Assembly: GCA_977018835.1 (NCBI GenBank)
Contig: OZ361259.1
Span: forward strand, 310,001-374,000
Length of the DNA: 64,000 nucleotides
Direction of reading: 5' to 3'
DNA from: Minutocellus sp. GHC0000111
Lineage: Eukaryota
Part shown: piece by piece, positions 1-11,397 of the stretch
Layout of the letters: each line of letters opens with the position of its first letter
Position numbering within the stretch: the first letter of the stretch is position 1
The notes under the pieces: generated by a model
The model's database searches: none
Told to the model about the DNA's origin: nothing
Seen by the model: only the letters and a program-made list of their open reading frames with translations
Program-made: the position numbers and the translations under genes

Positions 1-1
1 C

Positions 2-646
2 CACGCGTGGACCTCGTACCAGTTGGAAGTCATCGAAGGGCACAAAAACTCGACTAAAGTCCGAGCCAGCAGCCAGTGGAAATGCCGCCTGGTACACCAT
101 CTCTCCCCGGCTGGTATCGGTCCGGCATGTGATCTTCCATACACGCCGCTCGGGTTCGTCGTCACTGGCCAGCCGGCAGTCGACAAATATTCCATCGCTC
201 CCGGCTGCATCAAGAGGTTCACGGAATGGGAGTGTGCGCATGCCACAGAAGCCTCCTCCGTCAGTCCGACATATGCCACTCCAGCTCGCGTAGTCTTCGC
301 TGGTGTCCTTCAATGCTGACAAAGAGATACCTCCCATGATGGCATCGTCGATGCGTTCAAAACTCATCGTGGCGTTGCCAGTCGCAAAATCAAACACCGT
401 TTGTAGATTGGCGTCTGCTTCGGCAAGTGGTACAGTACTTCCGCCCCGTTCAGTACCAGGACTGCGGCGATGAGGGTTAACTGGCAGCTCAGCACTATGG
501 GCACGTCGAGGTCTGAACGTTACTCCCGACTCCAGCATATCGCGGCCAACACGTCGAGGCGCCTGGGATCGGGAGGAGAGAGGCGAGAATGAAATGCATG
601 GTACGACAAGAAGCGCCGCCAAAGAAACAACGCAGTGCGTGACCAT
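2..646 (-). CDS. CIA30/NDUFAF1-domain protein with probable bipartite targeting peptide (3' end runs off the window)
   Basis: Manual translation from ATG at 646: MVTHCVVSLAALLVVPCISF-SP... followed by CIA30-like motifs RIDDAIMGGIS, GGGFCGMRT and VFVPFDDFQLVRG; frame is open to the window edge. Confidence 0.8.
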   Translation of the reverse strand, partial: MVTHCVVSLAALLVVPCISFSPLSSRSQAPRRVGRDMLESGVTFRPRRAHSAELPVNPHRRSPGTERGGSTVPLAEADANLQTVFDFATGNATMSFERIDDAIMGGISLSALKDTSEDYASWSGICRTDGGGFCGMRTLPFREPLDAAGSDGIFVDCRLASDDEPERRVWKITCRTDTSRGEMVYQAAFPLAAGSDFSRVFVPFDDFQLVRGPRV

Positions 647-830
647 GTTGGTGTAGCGTCAGTTATTGTATTTTAATACCGTATTTTAATACCGCAGCGT
701 TGGTGCGTAGGTATTGCTGACTGTATGCACTGATGGACTGACTTGCGTGTGGGGCGGGTGTTCGTGGTGCGCCGCTGGCCTGTGCTCTGTGGCGTGTGTA
801 ACAGCGTGCGTGTGCGTGGCCGATTCATTC

Positions 831-1026
831 ATCGTCGTTGCGTACGATACGTACGGTAGCTACATACATGTATTGGCGATGAAGCTCAACTGATCAACTG
901 ATAGGACCCCTACCACCTCATCTACTACATCGTCGTTGCGTACGATACGTACGGTAGCTACATACATGTATTGGCGATGAAGCTCAACTGATCAACTGAT
1001 AGGACCCCTACCACCTCATCTACTAC
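831..1026. repeat. Perfect 98-bp tandem duplication (831-928, 929-1026)
   Basis: ATCGTCGTTGCGTACGATACG...CCACCTCATCTACTAC occurs twice head-to-tail. Confidence 0.95.
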
Positions 1027-1906
1027 GTAGTATGTATCTCATCGTGGAAGACTTCACGCAGGGCTTTGTGTCTCTACTACCAGATAAATAATCCTGTTTC
1101 ATTTTTCTTGAAGTTGATCATCATTTCAAGGAGTTCACATGCAGAGCTCTGTAAACACACAACGAGGGTGAGTTAGTTGTTCAGTTCTTCTTGCACAATG
1201 CGCTCTTTGGTTAGAGAGCTTGAGAATGTCTTCCGAAAGGCCGAAGCGGTGCTAGTGCTGTCTTGTAAGTCGAGGGCCCTAATTGGGTTGGAGTCCAATT
1301 TCGGTTGGTACATCCAGAGGAAAAGTAATCCCTTCTCGTTTTGAACGCATTCAGCCGACGAGTAGGATCGCAAAGAATACATGTAGATCTGCGTTGGCCT
1401 AGCAATATAAAGTCAACTTTACTACTAACGCAATTGAAATGTCATTCCGTTTGTTTTCCCTCTTTCGACAACACCAGCATTTAGTTAGCTTCGTGCGCTT
1501 CGCTGACTCCTCACGCCCACACAGCTTAAAGAGGTCCGCCACGAAGATCACTGCTCTTCGAGTTACCATCGATTGAGGCAATGGTACTTCAAAGGTTTAC
1601 TACATATAAGAGCGAAGGTAACTCTTGCTACACACGACGCCCGCAATTTGACAGTAGATCAAAAGTTTTCTGGATCCCTTATTGTGATTGCTCTTCTCTT
1701 TGGTGTGTTCTTTTACATTCAGGTTTCAAGAACATACAAACTGCTTTCCACGCTCCCGACTGCACTGCCTCCGGGCGGGCGTTTATTCTCCCCGAAATAG
1801 TAACAAGTACCCATGGTCTCATCCTGCTCTAGGATGCCCTCTTGTTTTTCTGGAGATAATAGGATCTATTGCTGTCGGCGCTATTTTGGAGGTATCTCTT
1901 TATAGT

Positions 1907-4231
1907 CTAAGCCTCGGCGGCAGCAACCGCTTCCACTTGAATTTCTGCAGCGAGTTGTTCAACCCCCTTATCAAGATTATACCAGGCAGTTGGATACTCG
2001 CGAGCAAAAAAGGGGAAATGGACGTGGCTGTAGGACTTCATGCACATCTTCTTGTCTTCTGGCACAAAATAATAACTCTCCATGGTTCCATCCGCAGATC
2101 CCTCACGGTGGTGCTTATCGATGTAGTACCCTCGCATCCTATTGATCCAACCAGTAAAGGTGCTGTGGAATGTACCGTAGAATATTCTGCCCTTGGACGC
2201 TATTAATTGATCCAACATCCCGAAATTATTGGGATTCATGTCCTCGAATAGATGCATTACATCGTCCAAGAAGATCAAATCGTAGTGATCTCTTAATGGC
2301 TGGAAGAAGGCCTTGTCTCTTTCATCTGTCGCCACGAAAACAGTGGCATTCTCTGTTAGCTCGTTCATACTCTCTTTGTAAAGCACATCTGCATCTACAC
2401 GAGTGCGCTTGTATTGGAAGTCACCCCTTCGAATATGTACCGAGTCAAACAAACCATCCGGGTTGCCCTTGGGATCTCTTGCCCTTGCTCGATCTCGGAT
2501 AAAGTCGACGGCCCTGGCTGCCGCACATTGCATTTCATCTTTATACCGAAGATGGTCTCGGATGAAGCGCTTGGTCCACAGGTCTTGCAGCGCACTCTCA
2601 AAATAGAGAAAGGCATAGAAATGCACCAAGAGTCTCACTCGCATCTTATGGTAGCACATAAAATGGATGGCGGGAGCCTCCTGCATTTCTTCGTCGTATA
2701 TGCAAAGATCCCTCCCGAGCAAATTTTGTTGCATCCGATCTTGCGCCGAGCCCAGGACATCGGGGGCGCTCTGATCCTGTTCTTCCAGTCCCTTCCGACC
2801 ATGCTCGGCCATAATATTGGCGCGCATTTTGTGCAAATTTTCAATCTCGGTTGGTCCAGGCGCCGAAGGAAATGCCGCCAAACATTTGTCCGGCTTCCAC
2901 AGAGGCGTCAGCGTTACCTCTCGGAGGTATTCCTTTAGACTGGTAATCTCGTCCTTGCTTCCTCCATCCCAATTGGTGCGATTCCCCGGGGGATACAAGA
3001 CAATGCCCGTCGTTCGATTCTTCAAATTGCCCGACATTGCTTCGCGTTCCAAGAACTCCTCCATGGAGATAATGTCGAGGCCCTTGTGTTCATCGCTTAG
3101 GCTCTGAAGATGGTAGAAATCTCCAAAGCCAAAGTGTTTCTTATGTTCCTTGTCATCCTTGCCCAGAAGATACATTCGCTACTCCGGTGGCATTACCAGT
3201 GTCCGGCCCGTGGCATGGGCCAGAGCGACGACTGTTTCCATTGCCATTCGAATATTATTCCAGCCTCCTGTAGAATAAAGAAAGAGAGAAAGTCGAGTGA
3301 TTATTTATTTGAGCGAGAATGCAAAATGATACATGTGCAGAAACAGAATCACACAAGAGCGAGGACGTTGCAGCCTTATTTGTGGCGGAATTGTCCATGC
3401 ATGAAAATTGCAGCAAATGTGAACCAAAAACTCACCCCCATCGGGCTCGAACGTCATGTATTTGGTCTCCCCCTCCTTCTTGAAGGGGCTCACAAATTGA
3501 CTGTCGCTGGGAATGTCGCTCCAGTAGACCATTTCGGCTGCTACTTCGTCGGACGGTCCGCCGTGCTTGTCGCAGGACAGACCTCCGAGTGTATGGCCAT
3601 CTCCGATATGATTGGATGTGGTCTCTCTTTCATCCTTGGTATTTTCATCATCTCCCACTTCCACTCGACGGTCACCACCCTTGTTCAGCCACGGTTTCAT
3701 ACCTCCTGCCGCATCTTCATCATCTCCATCACCGCCACCCCTCACTGCCTTATCATATGCCGTTTCTTTCCCATTATCTTCGTCATCTCCGTGCCACACA
3801 TGTCCCAAATGATTCTCCAGCTGATGGACCTCCGTCTCCAGGACGTCCATGGCCGTGTTGAAATGCTTGGCCAAAAAAATTTCGGCCGCCCGCACCGATA
3901 CCTGCGCTGCTCCGCCGCCGGGAATTGTGTGGTGGGCGACGTTCAGTCCGATCGTGGCCGTCAGCGTCGTGACCAGCAGGAGAATGTACGTGCCGTTGCG
4001 CCGCTGGCTCCGCTCGCGAGAGGAACGTCCTCCTGCGGCACCACGTCCACCACGACTGCCACTGGCATTGCCTCCGGCGGAGGCGGAGGACATGGATCGG
4101 GAGGGGGGCAGCCCCCCCGCCGCCGCTGCTGCCGCCGCTCGTTTTTGTTCCATTTCCCTCTTTCGTCGCTCGGCCTCCTCCAGCCTTTGCAGGTGGGCCG
4201 AGGCCCCGTTGCCGTTGCTTGCCGGCCCCAT
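1907..4231 (-). CDS. GDP-fucose protein O-fucosyltransferase-like type II membrane protein; exons 4231-3436 and 3267-1907
   Basis: N-terminal TM segment; GT-AG intron 3435-3268 restores FEPDGGGWNNIRMAMET; motifs HIRRGDFQ, VFVATDE and GTFHSTFTGWINRMRG. Confidence 0.85.
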
Positions 4232-4646
4232 CGTACCGGTAGTTGCCAACGAAGTAAATGAGCCAAAGCAATGCAAAACGACACAAGATGTGTTTTGAGA
4301 GGGGCGTTTGGCTTCGGATACATCACGATGACGATCATTTTTCATGTTGAAAAAAAAAAACCGGAAGTGAAATTGTGTGAGGCGTCTGGGAGAGAAAAGA
4401 CCGCCCAGAACTCGCAGACACAGCCATCCGAAAGAGCGGAAGAAGCCCAAGCAGATTGACCATTGCTTCATTCATTCATCGTGGGCCACACATCTTTCTC
4501 GCGAAGCGAAGACCAACCATAATATTTAATCCGACCTTCCAGAGTCATTCATCGTCTCGTCTTATTACAGCTATATCCAGTCTCTCAAAGGATCTCAAGA
4601 GCTTGAACACAACATTGCTTACCATTTTGCCATACCATACAGTAGC

Positions 4647-5388
4647 ATGATGATCTCACACAAAATCAACTCTCCCCTGGGAAGCAACGACCTTGTCAAG
4701 CTGGTCGACAACGAGCAATGGGAGCTCGCGATCCAGCAGAGCAACAGCAACCGTCATCTAGCCGAGGCTTGGAGTGCACGTCCGGGCTTCTTCGAGGGCA
4801 TCAAAACCAGCGACGTATTGCCCATTCACATTGCCTGCGCGTCGTCCGACCGTGGAGGTCATCGACGCTCTGTACGAGGCCAACAGGATGAGTCTTCGGC
4901 AGAAGGAGTCGGCCTACCGCCGCATCCCCCTGCACATTGCCTGCCGATCCGATGCTTCTCCTGACGTCGTCAAGAGGTTGCTCAAGTACTATCCCGAGGG
5001 TGCTGCAGCCGACGACTCATTGGGCAGATTGCCCATCCATTACCGACTCAGCAACGGAGCCGACGATGAGACTATCGATGCCCTTCTCAAGTCCTGTCCC
5101 GGAAGTGCGCGGGCGTTTGATCGACGGGGATGGCTCCCTTTGCACGTGGCGGCCAGTGTCGGCGCCAGTCCGCACGTCATTCAGAATCTCGTCGAGGCCT
5201 ACCCCGATGACGTCCTCTTGGCCACCAACAAGGGCAGCACTCCCCGCCGATGCCTCAACATGGCACCGCACAGCCCCCACAGGGACGCCAACACCGCCTT
5301 CCTGAAAAAGATGGAGGTGGAAGAGCGATCCAAATTGGGCCGGAAGGCCGCCAAGCCGAACCGTGGTTCTGTTCGCGCCGTTGTGTAG
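4647..5388 (+). pseudogene. Ankyrin-repeat protein with a frameshift at ~4839
   Basis: Repeated LPIHIAC/IPLHIAC/LPLHVAA ankyrin-like motifs are split across two frames; restoring 2 bp in the (CG)n run at 4837-4841 joins ...HIACA to RRPTVEV... Confidence 0.75.
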
Positions 5389-5518
5389 ATTTAAAATGAG
5401 CAAGGCGTAAAGTAAAGTATAGTTTGGTGCGTTGCATGCTATTCCCAATATTTGTTACAGTAATGTGGGATGGCTTCCGCTCTCAATACATTGTGTTGCA
5501 CCCACGGAATGATATGGC

Positions 5519-6391
5519 TCATGGCCCCCCATTATCAGGGCGATACTTGTTCCAATCCACATTGTTGAAATCGAAATCAGTATGCTCAAACCAATTCGGC
5601 ACATCGAACGCAAAGGATATCGGCCCATGCTGCGACACGCACTCTCCCCACGACTTGTCTTGACAATCATCGGCCATGAGCGCGAGGGCCAACCAAACCC
5701 CAAAGAGTTGCAGCAAGAAGGCAATTATGGCCCACTGTATGCCAACGCACCGTGGGAGGCAACAAGGGCACTCCTGATAGCACGCATGCGCATCAGAGCC
5801 AATCACGGTCCTCTTGAGCAAGCCCGAATAGATGTCATATATGCTATACGTTCCGATAAACACCCCGTATAGTAAGATCACATAAGTCAGAATCGGACTA
5901 AAGGCAAACCATTCAATGAAAATGAATGCCAGTGTGACGACAGCATAACCGAGATTCAGATACACCATCGTTCGATTGGGGCTGTAGCACAATGATATCA
6001 ACAGGGCCGCAACGAATGCCGCGGCAGCACCCGTCGCCGTCTTGCGACCACCACTCATCACGATGAACACCATACCCCAGAAGGAGCAACCGATGTAACC
6101 CGCAGGAATGATCAAGATGCGACAACCACCGACGTACTCTGTGACGCCTCCCTCGTTCTCAAAGACACGAATCTTCCTCACATCGCCGCACGTGAGCCAC
6201 GTTGCAAGGGCGTGGCTCAGCTCGTGCAGGAAGGTGGCGATCATTCGCATTGGTTTCATGAGGTCGGACTGCCACGTGAGGAAGCAAAGGACGAGGTAGA
6301 TGGTGAACAGCACGAGAAATGCCGACTGACTGTCATTGCAGCACAAATCGCCACCCTCTCCTCCTCCCTGCCCACCACCATCTTCGGCCAT
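5519..6391 (-). CDS. Peptidase M50B-like intramembrane metalloprotease
   Basis: HELSH (HExxH) in a hydrophobic segment, ENEGGVT, PAGY, SDA motif, multiple TM helices. Confidence 0.85.
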   Translation of the reverse strand: MAEDGGGQGGGEGGDLCCNDSQSAFLVLFTIYLVLCFLTWQSDLMKPMRMIATFLHELSHALATWLTCGDVRKIRVFENEGGVTEYVGGCRILIIPAGYIGCSFWGMVFIVMSGGRKTATGAAAAFVAALLISLCYSPNRTMVYLNLGYAVVTLAFIFIEWFAFSPILTYVILLYGVFIGTYSIYDIYSGLLKRTVIGSDAHACYQECPCCLPRCVGIQWAIIAFLLQLFGVWLALALMADDCQDKSWGECVSQHGPISFAFDVPNWFEHTDFDFNNVDWNKYRPDNGGP

Positions 6392-7278
6392 GCCTACGCC
6401 TGGAGATGGCCTCCGACCTTCTTGGTATTGCTAATGAGAGTGGCGATGGCCTCGGACCTCAGACCTACGATACTCTGACCTTCCTTGAAGAAGCAATATG
6501 CGTGCAGTCAAACACGGCAAAATTGAAATGCTTGTATGACTTTCGTCAATTGCAATTTCAAATTTTATCGAAAGCTAAAGAGTGAGCGAGCTGGCTAATA
6601 TGTGGTGTTCGTCCCGCTAAAATTTTATCTATCATGATGAAAAGTTAGAACCAAATTCTGTTGAATAGGTAGCCTCATTTGCATCAGTAAGAACAAATAT
6701 CAATAACATAAATAAATTCGTGATTGTGAATGTTGTAGGATAAGATTGAGGGGTAGAGGTAAGGGTCGGTCAGCACTTGTAGATCTGTTCGACCGAGGTC
6801 TCGGTCTCTCCAAGCATTGGGATTGTTGGCCGGCACAAAGCCTTCGAAAGTAGCTGCCAGATTAAGTCTGAATGATTGGCTCCTTGTAGTTCTTCTTGGC
6901 ACGGCCACTTCTGTGTCTTCCTCGACCGTTGCTATTACAGGTGCTACTGCAGCATTAGTAAGAGCATTGATCATAGGGGACATGGTAGCGCGCTCGATGC
7001 TCTGATTCGAACGGGGAGACAATTCGTTGACAGCTACTTCAATGTCATCGGCAGTAAACGGCTCTGCAATGACGGTCTCGGTGAGGGAACATTGGGTGTA
7101 TGTTGGGCCATGACGAAAGTTACAGCTGTTGCAAAGGGGAGGTCGACTGAGGGGTGATAGGCACGGCGGGCCAAGGCATTCGATACATCGGCAATTCCCA
7201 CACACTGTAGGACCTCGATTGTTGCTCGGAGTCGATGAACACAAGAATTTCAGAACACCGAAGAGATCAACCGATAAT

Positions 7279-7659
7279 ATGGTAGAAAACGACGATAAGA
7301 AGGAGGAAGATCACAAGTGCAAATGCCCTGTAAATGAATGGGCGCGCCATGCCTTGTATGTTGGCGGAATGGTTGCCCTACACGCTGGCATGGGCGCCTC
7401 GGCGACGGTTGCGAACAAGCACGAGAAATGCCCTGTCTCGGAATGGGGCCGTCACCTCCTCTACGTAGGAGGGGCCGTAGTTCTTGCCGTCAAAGGACAT
7501 GCTTGTTGCAATGCCATTACAAGTGGTGATGCCAAATGCGACGCGGGCGAAATGGATTCTGAGAACAAGTGCCCGGTGAATGAATGGTGGAAGCACGCTG
7601 TGTACATTGGAGTTCTGACTGGAGCCGTCGCTTTGATCAATTCCAGAAAGAGCAAGTAG
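7279..7659 (+). CDS. Small membrane protein with three KCPV(N/S)EW-x2-H-x2-Y-x-G + hydrophobic repeats
   Basis: ATG at 7279; repeats KCPVNEWARHALYVGG, KCPVSEWGRHLLYVGG and KCPVNEWWKHAVYIGV, each followed by a hydrophobic stretch. Confidence 0.75.
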   Translation: MVENDDKKEEDHKCKCPVNEWARHALYVGGMVALHAGMGASATVANKHEKCPVSEWGRHLLYVGGAVVLAVKGHACCNAITSGDAKCDAGEMDSENKCPVNEWWKHAVYIGVLTGAVALINSRKSK

Positions 7660-7887
7660 ATCTACATGTAAGCGAGGCAAGACAGGAAATGATGGAAACA
7701 TTTATTGAAGGCACAATCATCAATGTTACGGACGCGAGGAGGAATTCCAATCTCCATTCACAAACATTTATGAAAGCATTGTGCTATCGGCACAATTATC
7801 AATGTTACGGACGTGGGGAGGAAGTCTAATCTCTATTTGTAATAATAATCAAATCTATTGTAGCTGCGCTGCATACCAGGAATGTAC

Positions 7888-9147
7888 TTAAACTTTTGGC
7901 ATCGATCTCATCATCTGCACTTGCGCCATGACCCCCTTCTGAGCTGCTGTTGACATATGCTGCATTGGCATTATCGGAAAAGGGTGCTCTAGTTCCACGC
8001 CGATCTCATCGATTCCGCACAGTACATATGCGGTGAGCGTACTCGTGAATACTACCGCAACAGGCGACACATTCGAACTAAATCCCAGTAACGCAAAGGG
8101 CAAAACGAGTAGGTACAGGCAGAGCAACCTACTTGTCATCCGGGAAAAGGTCGGGGGTATCGGTGAGCCCAAGATCCGATTGCAGGTACCGACGACAGTC
8201 TCCAAATCATGCAATCGATTTCCCATATGAAGATGCGTCGACATCGGCAGGGGTAAACTCACCTCAGTTCCAGTCTGGGCGAGGTAGATGAGACATCGAA
8301 TGCGACTTAGAATTGCAATGGGTCGTTCCGCATCTTGCTGGAGGAGCCATTCGGCCTCCTCGGGCGGTAGGACAGTGCGAATCACTTCCTCATCGTCTTC
8401 TCCTCGCAGACGGCCTTTGAGACACCACGGAAAAATGGCAAGGTATCGGCACATCAGGAGAGCAAGAGGACCATTGGTGGGTGCGACATACGCGCAAGCC
8501 ATGCCCGCAAGGGCTCTCGTGACGCGTGTCATCATGCCCCAAGCCTTTCGCGTATCCAGGACTCTATCCAAGGCCCGATTTGTCTTCAGTGTTAGCAGGA
8601 GCGCAATGGGCGAAGCAAAGGAGGCCAGCAAGCTCGACTTGAGCGATGCTTTTCGCAGATAATAGGTGATGGCAGGAAACTGTTGAGATACGAAGCACAC
8701 TACGGCCGACCAGATCGATACCAGCATCACAAAGGGCAGAACTGCATGTGCTGTCGTTGACGTATGCCAATTGAAAAAGTGTCGCCCATACCTTCTTAGG
8801 CTCCGCTGGCAGTGCCGTTCCCATTCGACATTCGTCCAAGACCTGGTGTAGCTCGAGTCGCGCGAGATGAGATAACACGGGGTCGTCAAGGTGTTGTTGA
8901 CGTGTGTAAATATCTTGCTGGTGTCATAAAGGAAGGCTTCAATCGCATCTTCATTGTCGAGCCACGAATTGGAAAAGTGAGACTGATCCCCATACCGCCC
9001 TGACGCAGTGAACCCGTGAAGAGGGATGAGTGCTCGGCCACGGGGCTGATATCTGTTTTGGTGAGAATTGTTAGCATCAACCGCAAAATCTGCGGAACTA
9101 ATGGCTGAGACGATGGCCGCCACAACAATACCCCTGGTGGCCACCAT
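7888..9147 (-). CDS. Bestrophin-like (UPF0187/VCCN1-type) anion channel with N-terminal signal peptide
   Basis: LLLTLKTNRALDR, CNRILGSPIPPTFSRMTSRLL and GIDEIGVELEHPF motifs; hydrophobic N-terminus from ATG 9147. Confidence 0.85.
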   Translation of the reverse strand: MVATRGIVVAAIVSAISSADFAVDANNSHQNRYQPRGRALIPLHGFTASGRYGDQSHFSNSWLDNEDAIEAFLYDTSKIFTHVNNTLTTPCYLISRDSSYTRSWTNVEWERHCQRSLRRYGRHFFNWHTSTTAHAVLPFVMLVSIWSAVVCFVSQQFPAITYYLRKASLKSSLLASFASPIALLLTLKTNRALDRVLDTRKAWGMMTRVTRALAGMACAYVAPTNGPLALLMCRYLAIFPWCLKGRLRGEDDEEVIRTVLPPEEAEWLLQQDAERPIAILSRIRCLIYLAQTGTEVSLPLPMSTHLHMGNRLHDLETVVGTCNRILGSPIPPTFSRMTSRLLCLYLLVLPFALLGFSSNVSPVAVVFTSTLTAYVLCGIDEIGVELEHPFPIMPMQHMSTAAQKGVMAQVQMMRSMPKV

Positions 9148-9410
9148 CTTGGTCAAAAAGAGCGAAAAATGAGCGGTGGAGGAGAAAAGGTAAGCACTAT
9201 TTGTGATATGATTAGTGCTTTTGTATTCACAAACGTTTGCTAAGGAGGTGGCACTAATATAGACTAAAACTAGTGACCAGCGATATTGCTTGCTTGATCT
9301 GCAAAATGCATTGAGACTTATGACTGAGCACCTGCTGACTGCTTCATTTCGTTGTTGAAACGGTTCAAAGAGCAATTAGCTACTAGGAAGTAGTATCTCT
9401 CGGGCCAACA

Positions 9411-10111
9411 ATGGCACAACAACCGCGAGAGGATCAAGCCGTGGCGCAATCCTTTGTCGACCTGGTGCAGCGCAAGATCGATCGATGACAAGGTGCTCAA
9501 GGCTCCCAGCGGAGAGGAGGGCAAACGGATGAAGGAGAGCGTCATGTATCCCGGGGCTTATTTGGGGGCAGCGGTGGGGCTGGCTCAGTTCGTCTTCCTG
9601 CGCAAGGCGCCGATTGCCATGATGCGACGGGCTGGTCAAACCAACTTTCAGGAGAGCGCCAAGATGAAGCCGTTTTCATTGCTGTTTGACGCGGTCCTTT
9701 CCACCGCCATGGCAGGGACCGTTTGGATCATGGCAACCGACAAAGACAAGGTGTTTAAAACTGCATCGGAACTTCCATTGGTTGAAGGTAGATCGGACGT
9801 ATCGGATGCACTGTGTGATGACTTCATCGCCCAGTACGAAACCATACGTCCTGAAATTTTGGCAAGATTACAGCGGCGAAAATGGACTGCAGGCAATATC
9901 GGACTTTGTGGCCAATTGCAAGAGACGACAGGCATTCGAACGACGTATTAGGAGAGAGTCTGGCTTGGGCCCAAACGATCCAGTTTCCATCTAAAGAGGA
10001 GGCGTGCCTCGAGATTTCGTGGACGACGACGACACTATTGGAGAAATGGCAGGAATAGACTGGGCAAGCACCGAAGGAGAAAGTGCCTGGTCTGGACAAA
10101 AGCCGAGCTAG
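9411..10111 (+). pseudogene. Disrupted hypothetical membrane protein
   Basis: Single coherent reading (MAQQPREDQ...LPLVEGRSDVSDALC...FWQDY...FVANCKRRQAFE...PVSI*RGGVPRD) broken by an ATCG duplication (9477-9484), a +1 shift near 9856 and an in-frame TAA at 9992-9994. Confidence 0.75.
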
Positions 10112-10270
10112 CTCAGTATCAAAGTTATTGGCCCATGAGGAACTGCAAATCGAAATGGGACAATACATTTATGAATTACACGTGATCTCGCCAATAGCGG
10201 GTATTGATAAAATAGTGTCTAAAGTTAGACATCCAGATCGATTACCTACCAAATGTGCAGAACACCTAAA

Positions 10271-11022
10271 TCATAGCTTCGACGTTAACTGCGGAGCCTG
10301 TGCCCGGCTCTTGCCTTCCACTTTCCTAGACATAATGGCAACCATATCTTTTTCCAACATGGGTGGTTTGTAAAGCCATTGGCCACCATCAACAATCAAG
10401 ACATCGCCGGTTACGAAGCTCCCGCTTCCTTCGCTGGATAAATACACAGCCGACATGCCAATGTCGAATCCCCTTCCCATTCGACCAAGGGGAATACCCT
10501 CGGATACCATTTCATTCATGTCGTCTCCATCGATCCCGGGAGACAGCTTGGTCATACCCGGCGTTCCCTCAATCGGTCCTGGCGCAATGCCGTTGACGCG
10601 AATGCCGTCAGCACCCCACTCGAGAGCGAGGCTTCTAGTAATGGAGTCCACGGCAGCCTTGGCAGCACTTGCATGCACTTGATACCACGTCGCCGGGCAC
10701 TGCAGCGTTGCAGATATATTAATGATAGAGCCATTGCCACTTGCTTTCAAGGCCTCGTATGCCGCATGAGACATATTGTATGTTCCAATGGTGTCGATCT
10801 CCAATACTGTCCTGAACCCCTTTGGTCGGAGGTCAGAAGCATTGGATAGAAAGTTCCCAGCTGCACCATTGATAACAATATCCACCCGACCAAATTTTTC
10901 CAACGCGTACGCAACAACATCCACACAGGCGTCAGGATCTCGGACATCGCAGGTTTTGTACAAACAAGGCCTTCCGGAATCGGCGGTGAGGGCCTCTGAC
11001 GCACGTGAGAGGAAACCCTCTC
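10271..11022 (-). pseudogene. DECR2: Peroxisomal 2,4-dienoyl-CoA reductase (SDR), 5'-truncated
   Basis: NGAAGNF, HASAAKAAVDSITRSLALEWG, VNGIAPGPI and C-terminal SKL (PTS1); the N-terminal TGGGSGIG NADPH-binding motif and ATG are absent and unrelated sequence begins at ~11023. Confidence 0.8.
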
Positions 11023-11397
11023 TCAGACTTTGCACATGGCTATCAAGGCGGTCGCCGACGGCAATGAAACTTGCACAGCAGGTAGACTAGATGATTGCGC
11101 ATTCGTGGGTGCAAGTGCGGTCGAATTTGGTTGCATGTTTGTTGAGGAACGGTTCGTCGAAGATGTGCTTTTTTGGGGCATCTTCGTGCATCTCGTCGAT
11201 CGAGACCGAAAATTCATTACAACCCTAACCCTCACAGTTAAAACACTCGAAAATGCTAGATGCAGTGCATTAAGAGGGCGCTGTCCATAATTTTCCCCGT
11301 TTTTAATCCCCTTTATTCTTATTTCTTATGACGAGCGAAGCATGACAAAAACTCGACCCCACCATGAGAATCGCCGCTCTGCCCCCTCTTCATTACG

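Noticed and set aside
1050..1880. Short ORFs between the CIA30 and fucosyltransferase genes
   Set aside because: No recognisable motifs or termini; cannot support a call.
7696..7838. Imperfect direct repeat with ~79-bp period in 3' intergenic DNA
   Set aside because: Two diverged copies only; an old local duplication with no evident function.
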